In this document: piece by piece, positions 1-8,019 of the stretch
Layout of the letters: each line of letters opens with the position of its first letter
Numbering within the stretch: the stretch's first letter is position 1
NCBI GenBank assembly: GCA_051748045.1
Contig: JBNJGY010000005.1
Span: forward strand, 1 to 57,083
Direction of reading: 5' to 3'
DNA length: 57,083 nt
Source: Thermotogota bacterium
Lineage (GTDB): Bacteria > Thermotogota > Thermotogae > Petrotogales > Petrotogaceae
The notes under the pieces: generated by a model
Databases searched by the model: none
What the model was told of the DNA's origin: nothing
Seen by the model: the letters and a program-made list of their open reading frames with translations, nothing else
Program-made: the position numbers and the translations under genes

Positions 1-327
1 ATCAGTGGTGTAAATATTTATTTCATTATTAAGAGACCTTTCAGTTAACCCAAAGGAAGGTCTATCAAAAGCTATTACATGATAATTTTCACCAAGCTCT
101 TTTATAACTTTATCCCAAGTATAAGTGTGAGAACCAAAGCCATGTAATAAAATTAAAGATTGTTCATTATCTTTACCATACTCTTTATAATGCACTTCAA
201 AATCATCTATTGTCATAAATTTGCTATCTTCATAAGCTAATTCCCTGTGAGAATATACTCCATCAGTGTATACATACATAAAAGGAACTGTAAATAATAA
301 AATAAGAATTAAAATTTTTGTATCCAT
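1..327 (-). CDS. alpha/beta hydrolase with N-terminal membrane anchor (3' part outside the window)
   Basis: Hand translation gives MDTKILILILLFTVPF...VHYKEYG...LILLHGFGSHTYTW...VIAFDRPSFGLT. It has the HGF oxyanion motif and a DxPxFG motif, with an AGGATG RBS. Not in the ORF track. Confidence 0.85.
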   Translation of the reverse strand, partial: MDTKILILILLFTVPFMYVYTDGVYSHRELAYEDSKFMTIDDFEVHYKEYGKDNEQSLILLHGFGSHTYTWDKVIKELGENYHVIAFDRPSFGLTERSLNNEINIYTTD

Positions 328-549
328 ATATTCACATCCTTTTTGTCCTTAATACTATTTTACCATTTTTAACACTTTTTTATTAAATTATTAGTATTTT
401 TTTATTATTGCTCAAAATAACTCTTATTAACAAAATAAACATATGTCAACATGTGTTTGTCGAAAAATCTAAATTTATAGATTTAAAAAGCAAATTAAAG
501 ATGTAGGAAAATAATAAATAGCGCTCTTCACAAGATCGAATTATAGAAA

Positions 550-752
550 AAATAATGTAGAAATATAAAAAAGAAAAGTATTGGAGTTTTACTGAGAGAA
601 ACAGTTTTAAAATAAATTACTTTGTAATTTATTTTGTTGTTAGTTGGATGATGGAGGTTGTTGGTTTTTGTATTATTTTAGATGTTTAACAATGTTTTTT
701 ACTTCCAACTTCCAACCATAACCCTTCAACAGAAATTGTGAAACAATTTCTA
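550..752. repeat. dispersed intergenic element, copy 1
   Basis: 550-593 matches 15723-15766 at 43/44 nt. The terminal hairpin 727-752 matches 15953-15978. The core GTTTAACAATGTTTTT..TTCCAAC is shared with ~40684-40715. Confidence 0.8.
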
Positions 753-821
753 CTTCTTGCTCTACTTTGAGTTTTTATATTTCGTAATTAGTTTTTGCTT
801 AAAAATAAAATAACAATTTAA

Positions 822-841
822 AGCCCCCTTTAAAGGGGGCT
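822..841. terminator. intrinsic terminator after the lipoprotein gene
   Basis: AGCCCCCTTT/AAAGGGGGCT inverted repeat just past the stop at 856. Confidence 0.7.
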
Positions 842-855
842 ATTATAACATTTTT

Positions 856-2121
856 TTAATCATCATCTATCAGTCTAAATAAATAAACACCTGCTTCTCC
901 TGCTGCAACCATTAAATAATCAAACTTTTCTAACCCTACAGGATTTTTATTGAAATATTTTATATGATTTGGACTAATATTAGAACCTAAGAAATGCATA
1001 GTGAATTTACCAATTCTTTCAATATTTTCATCTTCTGTATATTTATAAATCATAAAACCAAAATCCGTAGTTGAATAATAATATGTTGTATATATAAACT
1101 CATCATTTGTTGATAAACCGTTAGCCAAAAAGTCTGAATCATTTGTTATTTCATTCATTGACATATCATCAAAGTCGATAAAAAGTGATTTAAAACCATT
1201 ATCAGCTAAACTAGCATGAATAACTGCTTGATTATTATTCATTAAGTCTTTTGTTGTTAAATCTAAAGTAGCTTTGTTATTTGCTAAAATAGATGTTAAA
1301 GGATTTATATTAGAATTAAAAGAGTTATCATATAGATATCCAAGTCCATTTGTTCCAGACAAACTAAACAATAAACTAGAAGCTTCTGTAGATATAGATT
1401 TTATATCTCTTAAATCATCTTCAGAATAAAAATATTGCTCTACAAAATCTTCGTCGTATTCATGTATTCCATCAACAGTTCCGTCAAACCCTGTTGAGAA
1501 AAAATATCTTGCTGGGTCAGTATTTGCTCTGGCTTCTATTCCACCCAATGAGGATATAGATGTAACATTTCTCCCGTCTAAAAACATTAAATTATCATTA
1601 ATGATAGAAGCTAAATTACCACTATTAGCTTTATTTTCTTTGAAATAAGAAAAAAAGGCTTTATTTTCTTCATCATACATTTGGCCACCAAAAAGAACTA
1701 AATCGTTTATTTTATCATAATAAACATAATTTATGTCTGCATTAGAAAAAATTACTGTTTTTTTCAGACTCGGTGTTGCTGATTCTATATTTATTATTTG
1801 TAATGCTCCTTTGTATTCATCTCCAGCATAATTATAACTAACAAAAGCATAATGCTGACTAAAATCAATATGATTTGCTTGAACCAATAACCCATCTACT
1901 TCTATAGGGTCTAATTTTGCGGTATATTCAACTTGATCTATAGGCCATGGTATTGCAACTATTTTGGTTTGTAAAATTTGAGATGTTGCATCTTCTTGAG
2001 TTAATACTAAGTTTCTGTAATCTTCTAACCTAATCAAATCTTTGTTTCCTTCCAAAGGAATTACACATGCTGTCATTAATAACAGTAAAATAACAACTAA
2101 CAGAACATAATATTTTCTCAT
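856..2121 (-). CDS. lipoprotein, probable beta-propeller (LVIVD-like repeats)
   Basis: Lipobox LMTAC. YAFVSY...GALQIINI and YLMVAAGEAGVYLF are blade-like motifs. Confidence 0.6.
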   Translation of the reverse strand: MRKYYVLLVVILLLLMTACVIPLEGNKDLIRLEDYRNLVLTQEDATSQILQTKIVAIPWPIDQVEYTAKLDPIEVDGLLVQANHIDFSQHYAFVSYNYAGDEYKGALQIINIESATPSLKKTVIFSNADINYVYYDKINDLVLFGGQMYDEENKAFFSYFKENKANSGNLASIINDNLMFLDGRNVTSISSLGGIEARANTDPARYFFSTGFDGTVDGIHEYDEDFVEQYFYSEDDLRDIKSISTEASSLLFSLSGTNGLGYLYDNSFNSNINPLTSILANNKATLDLTTKDLMNNNQAVIHASLADNGFKSLFIDFDDMSMNEITNDSDFLANGLSTNDEFIYTTYYYSTTDFGFMIYKYTEDENIERIGKFTMHFLGSNISPNHIKYFNKNPVGLEKFDYLMVAAGEAGVYLFRLIDDD

Positions 2122-2259
2122 GTTACCCCCTCCCTAAAAATACGTTATATAATGTTTTTATAACGTTTAATAAAATTATAACTCTTTTTAGAAAGGGATT
2201 ATCAGCATATTTGAATCTTAAATAAATTATCACTAAAATTTATTAATCAAATGATTATT

Positions 2260-2898
2260 TCATTTCCTTAATGATTTTGACAGTCTATTACCAAAAAACT
2301 GAATAAGCTGGGTTATTACTATTAGTATTAATACATCTATAATAAGAATATCCCATCTAAACCTTTGATATCCGTAATTAATTGCCATAGCACCAAGTCC
2401 TCCTGCACCAACTGCTCCAGCGATAGCTGTGAAGGTAATTAAGTTTATAAGCAAAAGTGTTATTCCGGAAGTGATATCAGCAAAAGATTCTGGTATCAAG
2501 ATTTTGAAAATAAATTGTTTTTTGTTCATCCCTAACACTGTTGCTGTGTCTAACAGCCCTTTTGATAAGTTGTTAAATGAATTTTCAGCCAACCTTCCCA
2601 TAAAAGGTATTGCTGCGATCGATAACGCAACTATCGCTGAATTAGGCCCAATAATAGTTCCTATTATTAATTTTGTTAGTGGAATTAATAATATTATTAA
2701 AATTATAAAAGGGATAGATCTAAATACATTCACAAAAAAATCAACAAAATAATATATTTTTTTATTTATATTTTTTTTTGATTTAGATAAAAAGAAAAGT
2801 AAAATCCCCAAAGGCAAACCAAAGAAAATAGCTATAGCACCTGATAGAAAAGTCATATACAAAGTTTCAAGTGTTGCTCTTATAAATTCATCTATCAT
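2260..2898 (-). CDS. metI: methionine ABC transporter permease
   Basis: ATLETLYM, RSIPFIIL and GAVGAGGLG..AINYGYQRF motifs; in an operon with metN and metQ. Confidence 0.93.
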   Translation of the reverse strand: MIDEFIRATLETLYMTFLSGAIAIFFGLPLGILLFFLSKSKKNINKKIYYFVDFFVNVFRSIPFIILIILLIPLTKLIIGTIIGPNSAIVALSIAAIPFMGRLAENSFNNLSKGLLDTATVLGMNKKQFIFKILIPESFADITSGITLLLINLITFTAIAGAVGAGGLGAMAINYGYQRFRWDILIIDVLILIVITQLIQFFGNRLSKSLRK

Positions 2899-3887
2899 TT
2901 TAATTCCTCCAGTCTATATACCCTTGATTCTAACTCATTTAAAAAACTTTCAATATCTTTATCTTCATATTCAATAATTATTATTAAAGTTCCATAAGGT
3001 TCTGTTTTTAAATGTTCAATTTTCCCATAAATATAATTCATTTTTATATTATATTTTTTTGCTATTCCATCTAAAATAGGTTCATGTGTACTACCTCCAT
3101 AAAAGGTTACTTTAATTAATTTTTGATTATCTTTATCACTTTTAGCTCTTGCTGCTTTCCAGTCAATATTTATTTCTTTATAAAACTCATCATATATTTC
3201 TTTTTCTTTTTCAATAAAAAGTTTATACACAGGGCCAAAAAAGCTAACTTTACCATCTTTTAAATAAACAACTTTATCACAAGATCTTTTTATTACATCC
3301 ATTTCATGGGTAACTATGATTGTTGATAGATTGTGCTTTTTATTCAATTTTAGTACTAATTTCAATATCTTGTCAGTTGTATTTGGGTCAAGAGCTGATG
3401 TAGGTTCGTCTAGTAAAAGAATATCTGGTGAATTCACTATTCCTCTTGCTATCGCTGTTCTTTGTTTTTCACCTCCAGAAAGAGCTGAAGGATAGTGGTT
3501 TAACCTATCAGACAGTCCAACTTCTTCAGCTATTTTTAAAACTTTTTCTTTTATATTTTTTTGCCTACCTATTTCTAAAGGAAGAGCTATGTTTTCATAA
3601 ACAGTCCTAGTATTTAATAAATTATAGTTTTGAAAAACAACGCTTATTTTTTTTCTCTCTATTCTCAAATCTCTTTCTTTTAAAGAAACCAGATTTTTCC
3701 CGTTTAACTGAATTTCTCCACTTGTAGGCTTTTCGAGCATTACCATAGATCTAAGTATTGATGTTTTACCAGCTCCTGAAAGTCCAATTATGCCCGTTAT
3801 TTCACCTTTATCTACTTTAAAATTAATATCTTTTAATATGTGTAGGTTTTTATTGTAAATCAAATTCAAATTTTTTATTTCTAGCAT
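2895..3887 (-). CDS. metN: methionine ABC transporter ATP-binding protein
   Basis: Walker A GLSGAGKT, LSGGEKQR, DEPTSALDP and a C-terminal NIL-like domain. Confidence 0.92.
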   Translation of the reverse strand: MLEIKNLNLIYNKNLHILKDINFKVDKGEITGIIGLSGAGKTSILRSMVMLEKPTSGEIQLNGKNLVSLKERDLRIERKKISVVFQNYNLLNTRTVYENIALPLEIGRQKNIKEKVLKIAEEVGLSDRLNHYPSALSGGEKQRTAIARGIVNSPDILLLDEPTSALDPNTTDKILKLVLKLNKKHNLSTIIVTHEMDVIKRSCDKVVYLKDGKVSFFGPVYKLFIEKEKEIYDEFYKEINIDWKAARAKSDKDNQKLIKVTFYGGSTHEPILDGIAKKYNIKMNYIYGKIEHLKTEPYGTLIIIIEYEDKDIESFLNELESRVYRLEELK

Positions 3888-3902
3888 ATTTATTCCTCCA
3901 TT

Positions 3903-4700
3903 TTAAAATACCGGAACCACAGCACCTTCATATTTATCATTTATATAAGCACTAACCTTTTCTGATTGTAGATAATCAATTAAAGAAATTATCAATTCAT
4001 TTTCTTTGTTTTCTTCTTTTACTGCAACTATATTTGCATATGGTGATTCGGAGCCTTCTATATACAAAGCATCCTCTAAAGGATTTAAATCTGCTTGAAT
4101 TGCATAATTAGTGTTTATAACCCCTCCGTTGACTGTGTCATCTTCTTTATATGTTCTAGGTAAATAAGCTGCATCTAATTCTACAAATTCTAAATTCAAA
4201 GGGTTTTTAACGATATTTTGTATTGTTGCTGATAACTTCTCCTCTTCTTCTAAAGTTATGAGTCCATTGTTTTCCAATAAAATTAACGCTCTTCCTTCAT
4301 TTGTTGTATCATTTGGTATAACAACAGTATCTCCTTTTCTGATTTCATCACTTTTAACATAAAAACCCATTGGTTCTACATGTATTTTTGCAACTGAAAT
4401 TAATCCTTCTAAACCTTGATTTTGGGAAAATGATTCTAAATAAGGTATATGCTGAAAGAAATTTGCATCAATAGACCCATCATCTAAAGCTAAATTTGGT
4501 TGTACATAATCATTAAACTCAACAATTTCTAATGTCGCACCTGTTTCTTTTTCAAAATCTTCTCTAATTAACTCCAATAATTCTGCATGTGGGACTGGTG
4601 TAGCTCCGACTTTTAAAACTTCTTCCCCAGCATTGAAATAATAAATAACCCCTATAACCACTAATACCACAACAACTAATAATCCTATAACTTTTTTCAC
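3903..4700 (-). CDS. metQ: MetQ/NlpA family substrate-binding protein
   Basis: LKVGATPVPHAE, DYVQPNLAL, DANFFQHIPYL and PNDTTNEGRAL motifs. Start moved to GTG 4700 behind GGAGG. Confidence 0.93.
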   Translation of the reverse strand: MKKVIGLLVVVVLVVIGVIYYFNAGEEVLKVGATPVPHAELLELIREDFEKETGATLEIVEFNDYVQPNLALDDGSIDANFFQHIPYLESFSQNQGLEGLISVAKIHVEPMGFYVKSDEIRKGDTVVIPNDTTNEGRALILLENNGLITLEEEEKLSATIQNIVKNPLNLEFVELDAAYLPRTYKEDDTVNGGVINTNYAIQADLNPLEDALYIEGSESPYANIVAVKEENKENELIISLIDYLQSEKVSAYINDKYEGAVVPVF

Positions 4701-4727
4701 AAAAAACACCTCCATAATTTTTTATAT

Positions 4728-4768
4728 AAAAAAAAGGACGGCTACTTTTAAAAAAGTAACCGTCCTTT
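4728..4768 (-). terminator. attenuator terminator in the metQNI leader
   Basis: Minus strand AAAGGACGGTTACTTT-TTTA-AAAGTAGCCGTCC followed by T8, lying between the promoter and metQ. Confidence 0.88.
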
Positions 4769-4785
4769 GATTATCCTAGATTATT

Positions 4786-4887
4786 TTAAATAGCAAAATA
4801 ACCATGGCTAAAGAATCGGTTACGCCATGGCATCATCATATTAAATAAATTTATATTTATATTTTTTGTTTTATTATTATTTTTCAT
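4786..4887 (-). CDS. putative methionine leader peptide (33 aa, MKNNNKTKNININLFNMMMPWRNRFFSHGYFAI)
   Basis: RBS AAGGGAGAG; ATG-ATG-ATG at 4839-4831; overlaps alternative hairpins and precedes a terminator upstream of metQ. Confidence 0.82.
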   Translation of the reverse strand: MKNNNKTKNININLFNMMMPWRNRFFSHGYFAI

Positions 4888-4915
4888 AAAGGTCTCTCCC
4901 TTTGAATTTTTTATT

Positions 4916-4944
4916 ATTATAGCAAAATAAAAATATATTGTCAA
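4916..4944 (-). promoter_or_regulatory. sigma70-type promoter of the met leader and metQNI
   Basis: Perfect TTGACA-17 nt-TATAAT with extended -10 TG. Confidence 0.85.
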
Positions 4945-4995
4945 ATAAAAGCAAATATTTAATTATATTAAACATTAATCCTATAACATACAAGA

Positions 4996-5025
4996 AAACC
5001 CAACCATTATTTAATGGCTGGGTTT
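4996..5025 (-). terminator. terminator after the DOMON gene
   Basis: AAACCCAACCATTA/TAATGGCTGGGTTT hairpin right after the stop. Confidence 0.6.
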
Positions 5026-5029
5026 GTTT

Positions 5030-5572
5030 TTAAAATTGAATTTCTATTGTATCTCTTTGAGAGTGCCTTCTCATAAAGCTATCAGAACTATTATGGTATG
5101 CAATTATTGTTTTTATTTTTGCATCAGGTTTTAAAGTATTATATCTTGATTCTTCATTTAATGGAATTTTTATTTCTGCTAATGAATATTCTTCTGTTCT
5201 TTCTCCATAAAAGTTTTCTATATATTTTTCTTCAATTTTCCTGTGACTTATCATTGAATTACCATAATGTTCTTCTAAAACAACTTCGTCATTATTTAGC
5301 CCTATTATTATTATCTTAGCATCTTTCATTCTATTACTAGGTTCAAACCCTATTGATATCCAACCTGATACAGGTGCTTTTATAACCATATACAAATCAT
5401 TATCTTCTGAAAATTCCCAATATATATCCATTCCTAATTCTGTTTCCATGTAATTACTATAAATTAAATCTTCAACCATCTTACTTTCAAACTGCTTAAC
5501 ATGTCCATCTGCGAAAATAAATGTTGATAATATAACAACGAATAAAATAACAAACAATCTCTTCATTTTCAT
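5030..5572 (-). CDS. secreted DOMON domain protein (possible heme binding)
   Basis: Signal peptide; GWISIGF...RMKDAKIII motif and C-terminal RRH, giving candidate Met/His heme ligands. Confidence 0.75.
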   Translation of the reverse strand: MKMKRLFVILFVVILSTFIFADGHVKQFESKMVEDLIYSNYMETELGMDIYWEFSEDNDLYMVIKAPVSGWISIGFEPSNRMKDAKIIIIGLNNDEVVLEEHYGNSMISHRKIEEKYIENFYGERTEEYSLAEIKIPLNEESRYNTLKPDAKIKTIIAYHNSSDSFMRRHSQRDTIEIQF

Positions 5573-5590
5573 TTGTATTACCTCCTTAGG

Positions 5591-5989
5591 TTATCCAAAC
5601 AACCATGGGTTTGTTAAATGAATAATTAAAAACACAAAAATTAAAATAGCAATATACCTGTGAAAAACCAACCACTTTTTTAATAGTTTCATTTTACCTA
5701 AAATAAATACAACTAAATTTAAAAATATAGCTAAAAATAAAATTAATCCAGTATGCCAATAAAAAATTGTTCCCAATATGAGATAAGCATGAATAGTTGC
5801 GATTATAAGGATTATGACCCCATTAATTCTATGGTATCTAGATATTTTTTTAATTACTTGAGCAAACTTAATTTTAGATTCTTTTGTTTTGAAATTATGT
5901 TTTTTAAAGTAAAATTTGACAAAATAATAACTAAGGCTAATACTCACTAAAACTACATTAATCCAACCTAATACAGCATATAAATCCAA
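5591..5989 (-). CDS. small 4-TM membrane protein with paired histidines (cytochrome b-like)
   Basis: YHRING..IHAY and FHRYIA..IHL give two His pairs on transmembrane helices. Confidence 0.6.
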   Translation of the reverse strand: MDLYAVLGWINVVLVSISLSYYFVKFYFKKHNFKTKESKIKFAQVIKKISRYHRINGVIILIIATIHAYLILGTIFYWHTGLILFLAIFLNLVVFILGKMKLLKKWLVFHRYIAILIFVFLIIHLTNPWLFG

Positions 5990-6086
5990 TTTTATCTCCC
6001 CTTATATTAATATTATTATAATAAATTATATCATATTTTTACTTATTATTAGGTTATTATATTTTATAAATAGTGACTATAGTAAT

Positions 6087-6115
6087 TTGACTATTTGATT
6101 CTTTAGTGTTATAGT
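6087..6115 (+). promoter_or_regulatory. promoter of the ABC exporter
   Basis: TTGACT-17-TATAGT with TG extension. Confidence 0.55.
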
Positions 6116-6164
6116 TAATTAGTACATTAAATATTATAAACAATTTTTTTGGAGGGATGCATAA

Positions 6165-7085
6165 ATGTCAGAAATTTTAAAGGTGAATGGGCTAGAAAAA
6201 AGTTATGGAAAAACAAAGATATTAAAAGGAATAGATTTGAGTATCAAAAAAGGTGATGTATACGGTTTTCTTGGGCCTAATGGCGCGGGAAAAACAACTA
6301 CTATAAGATCTATACTTGGGTTGATAAAAAAAGATAAAGGAGAAGTTTATCTTAACGGTTATGATGCTGATAAATATTTTAAAAAAGCTATAGACAAAGT
6401 TGGTAGTGTAGTTGAAACCCCAAGATTTTATGAACATTTATCTGGTTATAAAAATCTTAAACTAATGGCTAATTTATATAACAATGTTCCAAAAAAAAGA
6501 ATTTACGAAGTATTAGAATTAACAGGAATGCTTAACAGAATGAATGACAAAGTCTCAAAATACTCTCTGGGTATGAAACAAAGGCTTGGAATAGCAAGGG
6601 CCCTTTTAAATAATCCCGAATTAATTCTATTAGATGAGCCAACTAATGGTTTAGACCCAAGTGGTATGAAAGAAGTCAGAGAATTAATAATAAATCTTGC
6701 GAAAGAAGAAAACATCACTTTCATGATTTCATCACATTTATTACATGAAGTAGAAATGATGTGTAATAGAATAGGAATTATTAAAAATGGTGAAAAAATT
6801 ATAGAAGGAGATGTTGATGAGCTTGTAAATGAATCAAAAGAAAATATTGAAATTCATACAAAACATCCTGAAAAAGTTTTAGAACTAATCAAAAAACACG
6901 AAAACTACAGTATCAAAGAACACAAAGGAAATATAATAATCTTAGAATCTGAAAAAGATTTATCAAAAAAAATTAATACTTTATTGGTTGAAAACAATAT
7001 TATTGCAGATTTCATAATTCCAAAGAAAAATGACCTAGAAAAAATATTTATAAACTTAACAGGTGGAGGGGATCAAATTGCTTAA
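6165..7085 (+). CDS. ABC transporter ATP-binding protein (BcrA/lantibiotic-immunity type)
   Basis: GPNGAGKTT, YSLGMKQRLG and DEPTNGLDP motifs. Confidence 0.9.
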   Translation: MSEILKVNGLEKSYGKTKILKGIDLSIKKGDVYGFLGPNGAGKTTTIRSILGLIKKDKGEVYLNGYDADKYFKKAIDKVGSVVETPRFYEHLSGYKNLKLMANLYNNVPKKRIYEVLELTGMLNRMNDKVSKYSLGMKQRLGIARALLNNPELILLDEPTNGLDPSGMKEVRELIINLAKEENITFMISSHLLHEVEMMCNRIGIIKNGEKIIEGDVDELVNESKENIEIHTKHPEKVLELIKKHENYSIKEHKGNIIILESEKDLSKKINTLLVENNIIADFIIPKKNDLEKIFINLTGGGDQIA

Positions 7086-7857
7086 AGTGACAAAAAATGA
7101 ACTTTATAAGTTTTTTACAAGCAAAAAATTAATTTTTTTATCTTTAATAATAGTTGCTATAAATATTTTTGCTGCATATGTAGTAAACGACAGAATGAAC
7201 ATTGAACCAAACCCTATGATGATGAACGCACAATCTTTTCCTATAATGATGTATATGCAAGTATTTTCTGGTTTTTTCCCTATGTTTTTTATTCTATTGT
7301 TTGCTGGTTTAATATCAGATGAAGTTAGAGATGGTACTTTAAAATTAACCCTAGTAAGACCTATAAAAAGATTTGAGTTTATAAATGCAAAAATAATTAC
7401 TTCTTTTATAGCAATTTTATATATAAATCTCTTAGTAATGTTTTCAGCATATTTAGCTGGTATGTTCTTCTGGGGATGGGGAGATAATTTTTCTTTTCAA
7501 AGTCAATTCCTTGTTGATTATGGACCTTTTCTTTCTACTCTAGTTTATTTTTTGCTTAACACAGTAGGATATTCTATTTTTGCATTAATCATAATTTTAT
7601 TTTCAAATATTTTAAAAAATTCAGGCTTTGTTTTTGGTGGAGCTATGGGTATTTGGATTGGAATGATGCTTGTTACTCAATTAAAACCTTCAATAAAAGA
7701 ATTCATTCCTGTTTATTATTTTGATATGGGGAATTTTATTATGAATGGCCCTAATTCATTTGATTTTGTTAAAGGTGTACCAGTTTTATTAGCATATTTC
7801 ATTGGTTTTTATATAATAAATTCTATTATCCTTCAAAGAAAAGAAATCACAACATAA
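7078..7857 (+). CDS. ABC-2 family permease
   Basis: About 6 TM helices; E.RDGTLK..L.RP motif. Start set to TTG 7078 behind GGAGGGG. Confidence 0.85.
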   Translation: MLKVTKNELYKFFTSKKLIFLSLIIVAINIFAAYVVNDRMNIEPNPMMMNAQSFPIMMYMQVFSGFFPMFFILLFAGLISDEVRDGTLKLTLVRPIKRFEFINAKIITSFIAILYINLLVMFSAYLAGMFFWGWGDNFSFQSQFLVDYGPFLSTLVYFLLNTVGYSIFALIIILFSNILKNSGFVFGGAMGIWIGMMLVTQLKPSIKEFIPVYYFDMGNFIMNGPNSFDFVKGVPVLLAYFIGFYIINSIILQRKEITT

Positions 7858-7874
7858 TTTAACAATAACTTAAT

Positions 7875-7905
7875 TTGACCTGGAGTTTACTCCAGGTTTT
7901 ATAAT
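7875..7905 (+). promoter_or_regulatory. MerR-type promoter and operator (19-bp spacer)
   Basis: TTGACC-19 nt-TATAAT with the perfect dyad ACCTGGAGT-TT-ACTCCAGGT (7878-7897) across the spacer. Confidence 0.8.
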
Positions 7906-8019
7906 TTATGTATACTAACTAAGGAGTGTGATTTGTGTGAATGTTTATACTGATATTTTAAAAATGGTGTTTTTAAGAAGTGATGACAAAAAATAAAATA
8001 AATCAGGAGGATATTCACA

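Noticed and set aside
640-735. CRISPR array in the TTCCAAC repeats
   Set aside because: These are degenerate 7-mers with no constant 25-40 nt repeats, no unique spacers and no cas genes nearby.
4716-4915. SAM riboswitch or T-box upstream of metQ
   Set aside because: I found no SAM-I core (ATCnAGAG...GCAACC...GTGC) and no T-box motif (AAnnnGGTGGnACC). The 5' half is an unstructured AT-rich ORF.
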